A stretch of DNA of 64,000 nucleotides. Source: Candidatus Poribacteria bacterium. GTDB lineage: Bacteria > Poribacteria > WGA-4E > JAJDTR01. The stretch lies in assembly GCA_965232235.1 (NCBI GenBank), contig OZ246960.1:3948479-4012478 (forward strand). The letters are read 5' to 3'. Positions 55,812-64,000 of this stretch are shown piece after piece; position 1 is the first letter of the stretch; the number at the start of each line of letters is the position of its first letter. The position numbers and the translations under genes were made by a program. Below the pieces are notes generated by a model. That model did not search any database, was not told the DNA's origin, and was given only the letters and a program-made list of their open reading frames with translations.

Positions 55812-56714
55812 CTACAGTATTTCCCGTACAAACGTGTACACTCCTCTCATCCAGAAGGCGTAATAGATTCCGTTTGCGTAGCAGAAATACATCGTCTTTA
55901 GCGTGATGACAACAACGAGAACCGCGGAGCCAGCTGCTATAAGGAGTATGTCCTGTAGCTGCATCTTCAGAGATCTCAAATACGTACGCTGGTTTCCGAT
56001 TATATCGGGTGAGAAGCCTCGACTTTCTACAGCTTCCCCGAGATGTGTGGCGCGACGAATATTGTTGGTCAAGATCGGGCGGAAACTGTTGAGCACCCCC
56101 CGAATGATGTGCAGTGGGTTGAATTGGAAGTAACGAAATCCTCTTAATCGCTGCGATCGAATTACATTTACCGATTCAGCCGCTATCAACGGGATATAGT
56201 GCAAGCTAGTGTTCACCATGAACGCTAGGCTATATGGCACACGCAACTTCACAAAAGCGAGTAGCAGGTCGCGTGGTTGAGTTGACCAGACGATGAAGCA
56301 CCCGATTGTCAGGGTTGTATTGAATCGTAACGACTGAATCGCGCCGTGTAGGAGACCTTCGCGATACACTCGAACGCCTCCGGTCATGCTACCAATTATT
56401 GGAACATCGTGCCCTACGAGGGTGAAGAGTACTGTGCGCGGAAACGTATTGTAGAATATGGCTTGACTGTATATCAATCCCCACGTGGCAAAAAGGATGA
56501 ACACAATGAGCAGTCGGTATTGGCGCCAAGATGGAAAAGAGAGCACAATCATTCCGATGCTAATCAGGAAGCAGAACAGTAGCGATGTCGCGCTATCAAG
56601 CATGACAACAAGAACTCCGAAGAACATCAGCATGAGGATTTTGGTGCGCGGATCAAGGTGTGTCATCGACATGTCATATGTGGCTGGCTGTCTGCTATAG
56701 TCAATTCCATTCAC
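55812..56714 (-). CDS. ecfT: ECF-type transporter transmembrane (T) component, CbiQ-like
   Basis: CbiQ/EcfT-like polytopic protein (PRTKILMLMFFGVLVV...). The start codon is uncertain (M15 or M17 are alternatives). Confidence 0.75.
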   Translation of the reverse strand: MNGIDYSRQPATYDMSMTHLDPRTKILMLMFFGVLVVMLDSATSLLFCFLISIGMIVLSFPSWRQYRLLIVFILFATWGLIYSQAIFYNTFPRTVLFTLVGHDVPIIGSMTGGVRVYREGLLHGAIQSLRFNTTLTIGCFIVWSTQPRDLLLAFVKLRVPYSLAFMVNTSLHYIPLIAAESVNVIRSQRLRGFRYFQFNPLHIIRGVLNSFRPILTNNIRRATHLGEAVESRGFSPDIIGNQRTYLRSLKMQLQDILLIAAGSAVLVVVITLKTMYFCYANGIYYAFWMRGVYTFVREIL

Positions 56715-56780
56715 ATTTACACAAATTTCGTAGGCGCGGTTTCCAACCGCACCTGCCGCCGTGTATAAAGATTCTTGGTT

Positions 56781-58442
56781 TTACGCTAACCGCCATTGCA
56801 ATTGAGTTTTTGGAGGTGCAATAAGCGAAGCATTCGCTAGAAGATCCGGTTTTGAAAAGGCCTCATTTGGTACTCCATCGAATATCAGTTCGCCTTGACG
56901 TAGAAACAACACTCGCTTCGCGTATTGTAGAGTAAGTTGGGCGTCATGAGTACAAAAAATCAGCGTTTTATTTTGCCTTTCGACAGTATCGCAAAGTACT
57001 CCCATCAACTGTCCGAGATGACTAAAATCCTGTCCCGCAGTAGGTTCGTCAAGCAGGAGAATGTTCGGAAGAAGCGAGTAGGCTGCGGCGGTTGCCGTCC
57101 GTTGTCGTTGTCCCCGCGAGAGGGAGTAGGGCGCTTCATTACCTATATTGTCCAAATCGAATGCTGACATGACTTCTTTGGTTCGATGCTGTATTTCACA
57201 ACGAGACAGCTTCAGGTTTTTAGGGCCGAAAGCGACTTCATCGTTTACTGTTTCCGCTTGCAGCAGGAGATCGGGATCCTGAAAGACAATTCCGATTTTT
57301 CCCGCCAGGTTGCGAAGTTTCAGGCGCTCTCTTCCTATGTCTGTAATGAGAATCCGTCCGAACGTGGGACGGAGTAGCCCCAGAATTGACAAAAGCAGCG
57401 TCGTTTTCCCCGATCCATTTGCACCCATAATAGCGGTAACTTCGCCCTCACCAATTTCAAATGAGACCTTGCTTAAAGCGGGAATCTCAGTGCGTGGATA
57501 TTGAAACGTGAGATTTTCGACGCTGGCAAGTAGATTCCGCGAATCTTGATGAGGCTGTTCGTGGCTAACCAAGTTTGAAAGGTTTGATGTCGGGGCAGAT
57601 ATGTTTGGAAATCTGTCGGCTTGTAGAAATAATTGCGCTGCTTGATCGACGGTAAGCGGGCGTTCAGGTAGTCCCAACTGCTCTGACAATTCAGCCAAAT
57701 CAGGAATCTCCACACCCAAGTTACGATAAGGTTTGAGGTCTGAAAAGGCTCGATTCACGGGCGAATCGAGGGCGATTTCAGCATGACTCATCAGCCAAAC
57801 CCGACTACACAATGGGGCAATTTCAGAGACACGATGGGCGGCGATTACAATCGTTATCCCATTCTGGCGGTTCAGTTGACCGAGGATTTCCAGAATATCG
57901 CACGTGCTTGTCGGGTCGAGATGGCTCGTTGGCTCATCTAGCAGGAGAACGCGTGGTTTCATCGCGCACAAGCAAGCGAGGGAAACCCGTTGCTTCTCAC
58001 CGCCGGAGAGTGTCGAAATCGCGCGCCCTCGAAATCCGGTTGACAATTTGACCAGTGTCAACGCGGCGTTGATTCGAACGTCAATCTGAAAGGGAGGAAT
58101 GCCAAGATTTTCTAAACCAAATGCTATTTCGTCTTCAACAACGGTGCAGAAAAACTGGTCATCGGGATTCTGAAATAGCAGACCTACGTGTTGACTGATT
58201 ACTGCTAGCGACTGGTCGGCAAGGATTTTGCCATCAATGGCGACATTGCCAGAAAGCACGCCGCCTGACGCGTGCGGGATCAAACCATTCAATGTTCGTA
58301 AGAGGGTGGATTTGCCACATCCGGTGGGGCCCGTCAAGAGAATGAACTCGCCACATTCAACTTCGGCGTTTACCCTCTTCAGACTTGGTTCACTACGACT
58401 TGGATAGGTAAAACTGACATCTCTTATTTCAATTTGGCTCAT
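56781..58442 (-). CDS. ECF-type transporter ATPase with duplicated ABC domains (EcfA1-EcfA2 fusion, CbiO-like)
   Basis: Two Walker A sites are present (GPTGCGKST and GANGSGKTT). Two signature/Walker B sets are present (LSGGEKQRV/LLLDEPTS and LSRGQRQRT/LLLDEPTA). Confidence 0.85.
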   Translation of the reverse strand: MSQIEIRDVSFTYPSRSEPSLKRVNAEVECGEFILLTGPTGCGKSTLLRTLNGLIPHASGGVLSGNVAIDGKILADQSLAVISQHVGLLFQNPDDQFFCTVVEDEIAFGLENLGIPPFQIDVRINAALTLVKLSTGFRGRAISTLSGGEKQRVSLACLCAMKPRVLLLDEPTSHLDPTSTCDILEILGQLNRQNGITIVIAAHRVSEIAPLCSRVWLMSHAEIALDSPVNRAFSDLKPYRNLGVEIPDLAELSEQLGLPERPLTVDQAAQLFLQADRFPNISAPTSNLSNLVSHEQPHQDSRNLLASVENLTFQYPRTEIPALSKVSFEIGEGEVTAIMGANGSGKTTLLLSILGLLRPTFGRILITDIGRERLKLRNLAGKIGIVFQDPDLLLQAETVNDEVAFGPKNLKLSRCEIQHRTKEVMSAFDLDNIGNEAPYSLSRGQRQRTATAAAYSLLPNILLLDEPTAGQDFSHLGQLMGVLCDTVERQNKTLIFCTHDAQLTLQYAKRVLFLRQGELIFDGVPNEAFSKPDLLANASLIAPPKTQLQWRLA

Positions 58443-58451
58443 CCATTCAAC

Positions 58452-60443
58452 CTAATCCAGACCTTCAAGCTGAAATGGGAGAGTACCAAAGAGTTCTTCG
58501 AGATTTTGTTTTATCGTAATTCGAAAGGTATCAATTGATTCGGTGACGTGATGTCTAAAATCGTGGTGGACACATTCATAATGTCTATGCACACGGCGCA
58601 TTAGATCCCGAACGTAATTCTGCATCTCAAGTATACGTTCGCTATGCACAGTCGTAAGTCGAGACCCTGCTTCCTTGAACGCCCGAAGTTCTGCCTCCAA
58701 GTATGTGATGAATACCGATTTCTGGAAGGACTCAAGATTGTCTTTCACCCCGCGTCTGAAATCTCCGTGCACGGTTTCATACTCGGTACGTACCCTAGCC
58801 AAGAGTGTTTGAACATGTGCGCCAATTTCACCGATGCGATGTTTTCGTGACTCTTCGGAATTAGACACTCGGTGTCGGAAAGTCTCTAACTCCAATTTTA
58901 GGTACTGCTTGAAACTATCTACCGCGATTTGCTCGCTTGTGACCTTCTCGTGGTGGTAGCCCAAAATTGCAAACAGGACCGCGTCGGGCAGCCGCCCTGG
59001 ATGGCGCATGAGGACTCGAATCAGAAACCAGAGATAGGTAGGCCCCTGTTTCGGCGAGAGCAATTGCCGCCTGATTGACCTCATCAATGCGAGGATTTCC
59101 ATCTTACCGATGCGGACAGTTCGTTTCTTGGGACGCCAGTGCTCAAAAAGGGTCAAACATCGCTCAAAATAGCTATTGAGACTGGGTTCGTAGAGCACTC
59201 TCAAGATCCGTTTGTATTCTTCAATGAGCACCTCACGGTCAAGTTCCGGGACGAAATTCAACTCAACACTGACATTGTTTCCGCTTGATTCGCCGAGCAG
59301 TCTCCCTTCCGTTTCAAGACGATTGTAAAGATTTGTCTTTTTCAATGCGGTGAGAAGCCCCGCCATCGCCCTAGGAATTCCAGCTTTTTGGATAAAATCA
59401 ATGTGCGACTGAAATTCTTTGTCTCCGTCAAGGCCAACAATAAATCCTGCCGTGGCTTCGAGACCTGCTTCCTGTATCTTTCTAATGGCGCGCAGCAAAT
59501 AGCTCTCAGCCGACTCATCCTTACTGGTATTTTGTTGCTTAACTGTTTTCTGTAAGGCCTCGTCATTCGGACTCTCGATTCCCAAGAACGTCATGATGAA
59601 ACCTGCTTCAGCCATCCCGTCTAGCATACCGGGAATATCTACGAGGTTCACACTCGTCTCGGTGTAGAGCTGAAAGGGGTAATCCCTGGTTTCCTGCCAT
59701 TCGGTGATTGCTGGCAGAAGCCGCATGGCATCACGCTTGTTGCCGATAAAATTATCGTCAACAAGAAACATTGCGCCGCGCCAACCTAGGTGATGAAGCA
59801 TATTAAATTCCGCTAACACCTGTTCATTCGTTTTGGTTCGAGGCACCCGCCCGAATAACTTCGTGATGTCGCAGAACTCACAATCAAAAGGGCACCCTCG
59901 CGAGAACTGCAGCGCCATTGAGCCGTAATGCTCTAGATTCAGGAGCTCGTATCTCGGAAGCGGTGTCTTCGTGACATCCGGCTTTCTCGGTTCCGTATAT
60001 ACATCCTTGGCGTTGCCGTTCTGAAGGTCCGTCAGGAAATCATCGAAGCTCTCTTCCACTTCTCCAAAAAGAAAATGATCTACCCAACCATCACGCTCTT
60101 GCATCGCTCGTTCAATCTCGTCGCGATAGGAGGTCGGGTGTGGGCCACCAGAAACAATAGGCGTATTTGCACGATTACAGCGCTCAACGACCTCAAACAA
60201 TGATTCTTTTTGAACTACCATCGTGGATGTAAAAACAACATCTGCCCACTCAAGATCTGCGTCAAGCAGAGGCGTGACATTCATATCGACGACTTTGAGG
60301 CGATAATCTTTGGAAAACAACCCGGCGACGGTCAGCAATCCGAGCGGGGGCATATTGGATTTTCGGCCAACAAAATGTAAAGCGTAGTTGTAACCCCAAT
60401 AGGAGGGAGGAAACTCCGGATAAACCAGTAGGGCATTAGGCAT
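58452..60443 (-). CDS. B12-binding domain radical SAM protein with a C-terminal duplicated helical module (paralog 2)
   Basis: The N-terminal cobalamin-binding Rossmann region is LLVYPEFPPSYWGY...GLLTVAG. The radical SAM cluster is SRGCPFDCEFC. About 190 aa of C-terminal internal repeats follow. Confidence 0.85.
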   Translation of the reverse strand: MPNALLVYPEFPPSYWGYNYALHFVGRKSNMPPLGLLTVAGLFSKDYRLKVVDMNVTPLLDADLEWADVVFTSTMVVQKESLFEVVERCNRANTPIVSGGPHPTSYRDEIERAMQERDGWVDHFLFGEVEESFDDFLTDLQNGNAKDVYTEPRKPDVTKTPLPRYELLNLEHYGSMALQFSRGCPFDCEFCDITKLFGRVPRTKTNEQVLAEFNMLHHLGWRGAMFLVDDNFIGNKRDAMRLLPAITEWQETRDYPFQLYTETSVNLVDIPGMLDGMAEAGFIMTFLGIESPNDEALQKTVKQQNTSKDESAESYLLRAIRKIQEAGLEATAGFIVGLDGDKEFQSHIDFIQKAGIPRAMAGLLTALKKTNLYNRLETEGRLLGESSGNNVSVELNFVPELDREVLIEEYKRILRVLYEPSLNSYFERCLTLFEHWRPKKRTVRIGKMEILALMRSIRRQLLSPKQGPTYLWFLIRVLMRHPGRLPDAVLFAILGYHHEKVTSEQIAVDSFKQYLKLELETFRHRVSNSEESRKHRIGEIGAHVQTLLARVRTEYETVHGDFRRGVKDNLESFQKSVFITYLEAELRAFKEAGSRLTTVHSERILEMQNYVRDLMRRVHRHYECVHHDFRHHVTESIDTFRITIKQNLEELFGTLPFQLEGLD

Positions 60444-60590
60444 GTGAGTGTATGTCCGTTCTGAGGGATGGAGAATAATCGGGATCTGTTACGATGGCAA
60501 GTCTCGTCACAATTGCTGCAATCAGCACATGACGTGAGCCTTTTGTGTAATCCCGGTCATGAGGAATCTTTAGACGATCCCCAATCTTGT

Positions 60591-62564
60591 CTAGTTGAGA
60601 CCTTCCATTTGCGGGATTGTCGCATGAGCAAGATTCGACTTCACGGCATCGCGAAATGTCTCCAATGAGTCATTCACATTGTGCCTGAGATCTGTGTGCA
60701 GGTGTTCGTACTGTGCGTGTACGCGGTCCCATAGTTTGTGAACATATCCCTTGATTTCTCCAACGCGGTGACTTCGAACTTTGGCAAACAGCGAAATTGT
60801 TGCTCTAAGTGCCTCTAGTTCGGCTTTCAGGTACTCATTGAATACCGATGCCTGGAATGCGTCAAGTCTGTCTTGTACGCTATATCTGAAATCTTCATGG
60901 ATATCTTCATACGCGGCACGGGCTCGCGCAAGCAACTCGCGGACATGGAGGCTAACTTCTCCAATCCGATCGCCCTGCGATTGGACGAGTTGAGCCGCAG
61001 TATCCTTGAAGGTGTTGAATTCCGCTTCAAGGTATTGTTTAAAGTCGTCGACTGCTACGGTCTGTCTCGTAATTTTCTCAAAGTGGTAACCCATGATGGC
61101 GAGTCGCATTGCTTCAGGGAGCAGGGGCAGATGGCGCCTTAAAACTCTAACCAAATATCGGGCGTAGGCAGGCCCTTGTCGTGAAAACAACTGCCGCCTA
61201 ATGGATTTTATGAAAGCCATTAACTCCATTTTTCCGATTTTTCTCACGGTGTGGTCTGTGGGCTTCAGATGTTCCAGCATGGTGAGGCATCTCTCGAAGT
61301 AGTTGCTTAGAGTCGGATCGTAGAGGGTAGATACCACGCGCCGATATTCGGAGATAAGATGATCTCGCGGTAACTCCGGTTCGAAATTCAACATAACATC
61401 CGTGTTGTTTCCGGTGGATTCCTTGAGTAACCGACCTTCCTTCTCGAGCCGATGATACAGATTCGTCCCTTTTAGCGCAGTCAACAGGCCTGCCATCGCC
61501 ATGGGGATCCCGGCGTCCTGGATAAACCGAATATGCGAATCAAACTCTGTGTCGCCGTCCAGTCCGATGATGAATCCTCCAGTCACTTCCATGCCGCATT
61601 CCTGGATTTTCCGTATTGCCTGGAGCATATAACTCCCTGCATCCTCCTCTTTGCTTGTGTTTTGTTTCTTAACCGTTTTCTCAAGTGCCTCGTCATTGGG
61701 GCTTTCAATTCCCAAGAACACCATGTTGAATCCGGCGTCACTCATGGCATCCAGCATGTCAGGAATCTCGACGAGGTTAACGCTGGCTTCGGTGTACAAC
61801 GAAAACGGGAATTGTCTTTCTTCTTGCCATTTGGAAACTTCGGGAAGTAGCCGCATGGCGTCTCGCTTATTCCCAATAAAGTTGTCATCAACTACAAAAA
61901 GCGACCCGTTCCAACCGAGACGGTACAACATCTCAAATTCGGTCAGCATCTGTTCGTTCGATTTCGTCCGTGGAACTCGCCCGAATAGCTTTGTGATGTC
62001 GCAAAATTCACAATCAAACGGACAGCCACGCGAGAATTGCAGTGCCATTGACCCGTACGCTTTCAAATCAATCAGGTCATACCTCGGTGAAGGGGTCTTT
62101 GTGACATCCGGTTTTTTTGTTTCCCGATAGACCTCCTTGGCTGCACCGCTCTCAAAGTCTGTTAGAAAATCCTCAAAAAAGTCTTCAACTTCGCCGAAAA
62201 GAAAGTGGTCTACGGTTCCGTCAACTTCTTCTCTAATATTGTCGTGATAGGAGGTTGGGTGCGGACCGCCGGCCACGATGGGAATATTTGCCGCGTTACA
62301 TCGTCCGACTACCTCGTAAAGTGAATCCTTCTGAACGATCATCGTGGATGTGAAAACCGCATCTGCCCACTCCAGATCGGCGTCCAACAACGGGGTCACG
62401 TTCATATCAACCACTTTGAGTTCATAATCCTTTGGGAACATGCCTGCAATTGTCAGCAGTCCGAGAGGTGGCATGGCGGACTTCTTATTTACAAAGTCAA
62501 GGGCAAATTTGTATCCCCAGTACGAAGGGGGAAATTCCGGATAAACAAATAGCGCGTTTCGCAT
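60591..62564 (-). CDS. B12-binding domain radical SAM protein (paralog 1, ~65% identical to paralog 2)
   Basis: It has the same architecture (SRGCPFDCEFC). The start is set at ATG (MRNALFVYPE) with GGAG 6 nt upstream. The ORF-track start at 62576 is a TTG that overlaps the RBS. Confidence 0.85.
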   Translation of the reverse strand: MRNALFVYPEFPPSYWGYKFALDFVNKKSAMPPLGLLTIAGMFPKDYELKVVDMNVTPLLDADLEWADAVFTSTMIVQKDSLYEVVGRCNAANIPIVAGGPHPTSYHDNIREEVDGTVDHFLFGEVEDFFEDFLTDFESGAAKEVYRETKKPDVTKTPSPRYDLIDLKAYGSMALQFSRGCPFDCEFCDITKLFGRVPRTKSNEQMLTEFEMLYRLGWNGSLFVVDDNFIGNKRDAMRLLPEVSKWQEERQFPFSLYTEASVNLVEIPDMLDAMSDAGFNMVFLGIESPNDEALEKTVKKQNTSKEEDAGSYMLQAIRKIQECGMEVTGGFIIGLDGDTEFDSHIRFIQDAGIPMAMAGLLTALKGTNLYHRLEKEGRLLKESTGNNTDVMLNFEPELPRDHLISEYRRVVSTLYDPTLSNYFERCLTMLEHLKPTDHTVRKIGKMELMAFIKSIRRQLFSRQGPAYARYLVRVLRRHLPLLPEAMRLAIMGYHFEKITRQTVAVDDFKQYLEAEFNTFKDTAAQLVQSQGDRIGEVSLHVRELLARARAAYEDIHEDFRYSVQDRLDAFQASVFNEYLKAELEALRATISLFAKVRSHRVGEIKGYVHKLWDRVHAQYEHLHTDLRHNVNDSLETFRDAVKSNLAHATIPQMEGLN

Positions 62565-62655
62565 ATCTTTCTCCAATTAGGTCAAAACCACTAATTCAGT
62601 TACTATTCAACGGACGCAATAACTCACAATCAATCCCTGTTAATAAAGTCCCAAC

Positions 62656-63213
62656 TTATTCTCTAGTCACACCGGTTTCAAACTGTTTGCCGAGCTGTTT
62701 CTTTGCCTCTTTTAGGCGGCTGTATACAGTGCTTACTGGGATACGCAGCCGCTGACCGATCTCGGATGCCGAATACCCATGCATGTAGAATTCGTGGACA
62801 ACTTGGCGGTACATCGGCGAAAGCGTATCTATAGCACACCGAACTTTCTCAATAAGCCCGTGGTGAAAAGTCGTCAATGTAGCTGCTTCTTCAGAATGCC
62901 GCGACTTTAATTCGTCGGTGAGTCTCGAGATTTTACGCCGTTGACACTTCAGCCAGTCCTTTGCTGTATTTCGCGCAATCTTGGCAATCCAACCTTCAAG
63001 GTGGTACGGCGGTTTTAACTTCCCGATTGCTTGATAGACTTTAATCCATGTTTCCTGAGCCAAATCCTCAATGTCATGCTTATTTTTCGTGAAGACGCGA
63101 ATATTTCGCACCACATGCTGCTGATAACGTTTTACAAGCTGCTGAAATGCGTCATTACTCCGCTGGGCATTCTGGATTAATGGGTCAATACAACGATTAT
63201 TCGCGGAATTCAT
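62656..63213 (-). CDS. ECF-subfamily RNA polymerase sigma-70 factor
   Basis: Region 2 reads DLAQETWIKVYQ. The region 4 HTH reads YSASEIGQRLRIPVSTVYSRLKEAKKQL. Confidence 0.85.
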   Translation of the reverse strand: MNSANNRCIDPLIQNAQRSNDAFQQLVKRYQQHVVRNIRVFTKNKHDIEDLAQETWIKVYQAIGKLKPPYHLEGWIAKIARNTAKDWLKCQRRKISRLTDELKSRHSEEAATLTTFHHGLIEKVRCAIDTLSPMYRQVVHEFYMHGYSASEIGQRLRIPVSTVYSRLKEAKKQLGKQFETGVTRE

Positions 63214-63520
63214 ATCTATGGGCTTTCCCTGGCGCCGCTGCGGATTACATCAAGACGCACCCCTTATACTACCTTAAACGACATTGTAACCGAGAATTAG
63301 AGGTAACGTCCAAATTTTTTTGAGCACGACTCCACGTAAAGGTACGCAGAGAATTAACAACGAAATGCACAACTTCCGAATCAGATTCCTGCTGCTGTAC
63401 ACGACTATACTTACATGGTATCACAACTGACGTTTTTTCTCAAGACAAATTTCTTGTTGGCACTTGGTCAATGTGTTAGAATTCTTACACAAGTTGTGCC
63501 GCATAAGGAGACAAGTGAAG

Positions 63521-64000
63521 ATGCGTCGCTGCACCACGAAATTAACGCATCATACGAAACAATTACAATTGGGCGTTTTATACGGGTGTCGTGTGCAATT
63601 TCTCACGAGTTGCCTACTTGGTTTGCTGCTAATTTTCATGCAGAATGCCGCGCAATGTGATGCGACCAAGCCTGTTCTTCCTGATAATAAGAATACATAT
63701 CTGATTCGGCAAGTTTCTTTCCAAGGGAATACGAACCTCGATCGCAAGGCGTTGTCAAGGATATTCGGCGTACATGCTGGAAAACCCTATCATCGTGAAA
63801 AAGTAATGAAAGGATTGACGAGAATCATGGACGAATACAGAAAAGCTGGATTTGTGTTCGCATCAATCAATCCCGAAGTTGTACCAGTGTCCGCTGATCA
63901 GGTACATGTCCGAATACAGATAGACGAGGGCGATCAAATTCGAACGGGACAGATTACCATGAGTGGGAATAGGTTATTTTCCACCTCGGATCTGCAGCGC
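63521..64000 (+). CDS. bamA: outer membrane protein assembly factor BamA, N-terminal POTRA region (3' end outside the window)
   Basis: Open frame to the window edge; it is not in the ORF track because there is no stop. AAGGAG lies upstream of ATG 63521. A signal-like LLGLLLIFMQNAAQ precedes the POTRA1 pattern YLIRQVSFQGNTNLDRKALSRIFGVHAGKPYHREKVMKGLTRIMDEYRKAGFVFASI. Confidence 0.6.
   Translation, partial: MRRCTTKLTHHTKQLQLGVLYGCRVQFLTSCLLGLLLIFMQNAAQCDATKPVLPDNKNTYLIRQVSFQGNTNLDRKALSRIFGVHAGKPYHREKVMKGLTRIMDEYRKAGFVFASINPEVVPVSADQVHVRIQIDEGDQIRTGQITMSGNRLFSTSDLQR

Noticed and set aside
63214-63520. Expected cobalamin riboswitch upstream of the B12-rSAM/ECF transporter operon or near bamA
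   Set aside because: No B12-box (GCCACTG-like) or conserved riboswitch core is visible. The operon appears to be led by the ECF sigma gene instead.

Overview
This 64 kb window reads as chromosomal DNA from a Gram-negative bacterium (a BamA gene sits at the 3' edge, GGAGG-type ribosome-binding sites are used throughout, ~50-55% GC), probably an uncultured or metagenome-assembled lineage. Five neighbourhoods can be told apart.

(1) Positions 1-9.9 kb and 30.8-31.8 kb hold a tandem array of at least ten paralogous secreted TolB-like PD40 beta-propeller genes plus one LamG-like lectin gene. All of them end in the same ~25-aa C-terminal tail (LAVxPxxKxxTxWGxLK), which is not a recognised sorting signal. 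One member carries an internal deletion, one is a frameshifted pseudogene, and one has seven almost identical 132-bp repeats.

(2) At 10-22 kb there is a sugar-acid-type catabolic cluster (an enolase-superfamily dehydratase, two Gfo/Idh/MocA oxidoreductases, a xylose-isomerase-like TIM barrel). Next to it is a co-directional block: a 648-aa tRNA-guanine-transglycosylase (TGT)-superfamily protein with intact catalytic Asp residues and Zn site, fused to an uncharacterised 250-aa C-terminal domain, then a GNAT acetyltransferase, a polytopic membrane protein, a histidine phosphatase, a second membrane protein, a nucleoside 2-deoxyribosyltransferase-family protein, and argJ.

(3) At ~22.2-42.3 kb there is a compositionally patchy ~20 kb island inserted between sugar-metabolism genes and a sugar ABC transporter. 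It carries a 1266-aa STAND/Avs-like NTPase with an N-terminal Mrr-like nuclease domain, a truncated HsdM_N-type DNA-methylase fragment, and a 996-aa MmeI/PglX-family N6-adenine methyltransferase. It also carries a well-insulated small ORF, unknown secreted and membrane proteins, an LRR-dockerin protein, a DUF805 protein, and an orphan translationally coupled terminase small/large subunit pair. Repeat families are shared between the island edges and the regions flanking the terminase pair.

(4) At 42.5-54 kb there is a carbohydrate ABC importer, a heterodimeric ABC exporter, a membrane-anchored double-VWA protein, and MoaB/MogA.

(5) At 54-63 kb a minus-strand operon encodes an ECF sigma factor, two tandem B12-binding radical SAM paralogs, an ECF-type transporter module that lacks an S component, a D-2-hydroxyacid dehydrogenase, and a GNAT.

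The candidates I find most interesting are the conserved C-terminal tail, the TGT-fusion locus, the Avs-like/Mrr defense gene with its neighbours, and the repeat-bounded island with the orphan terminase.
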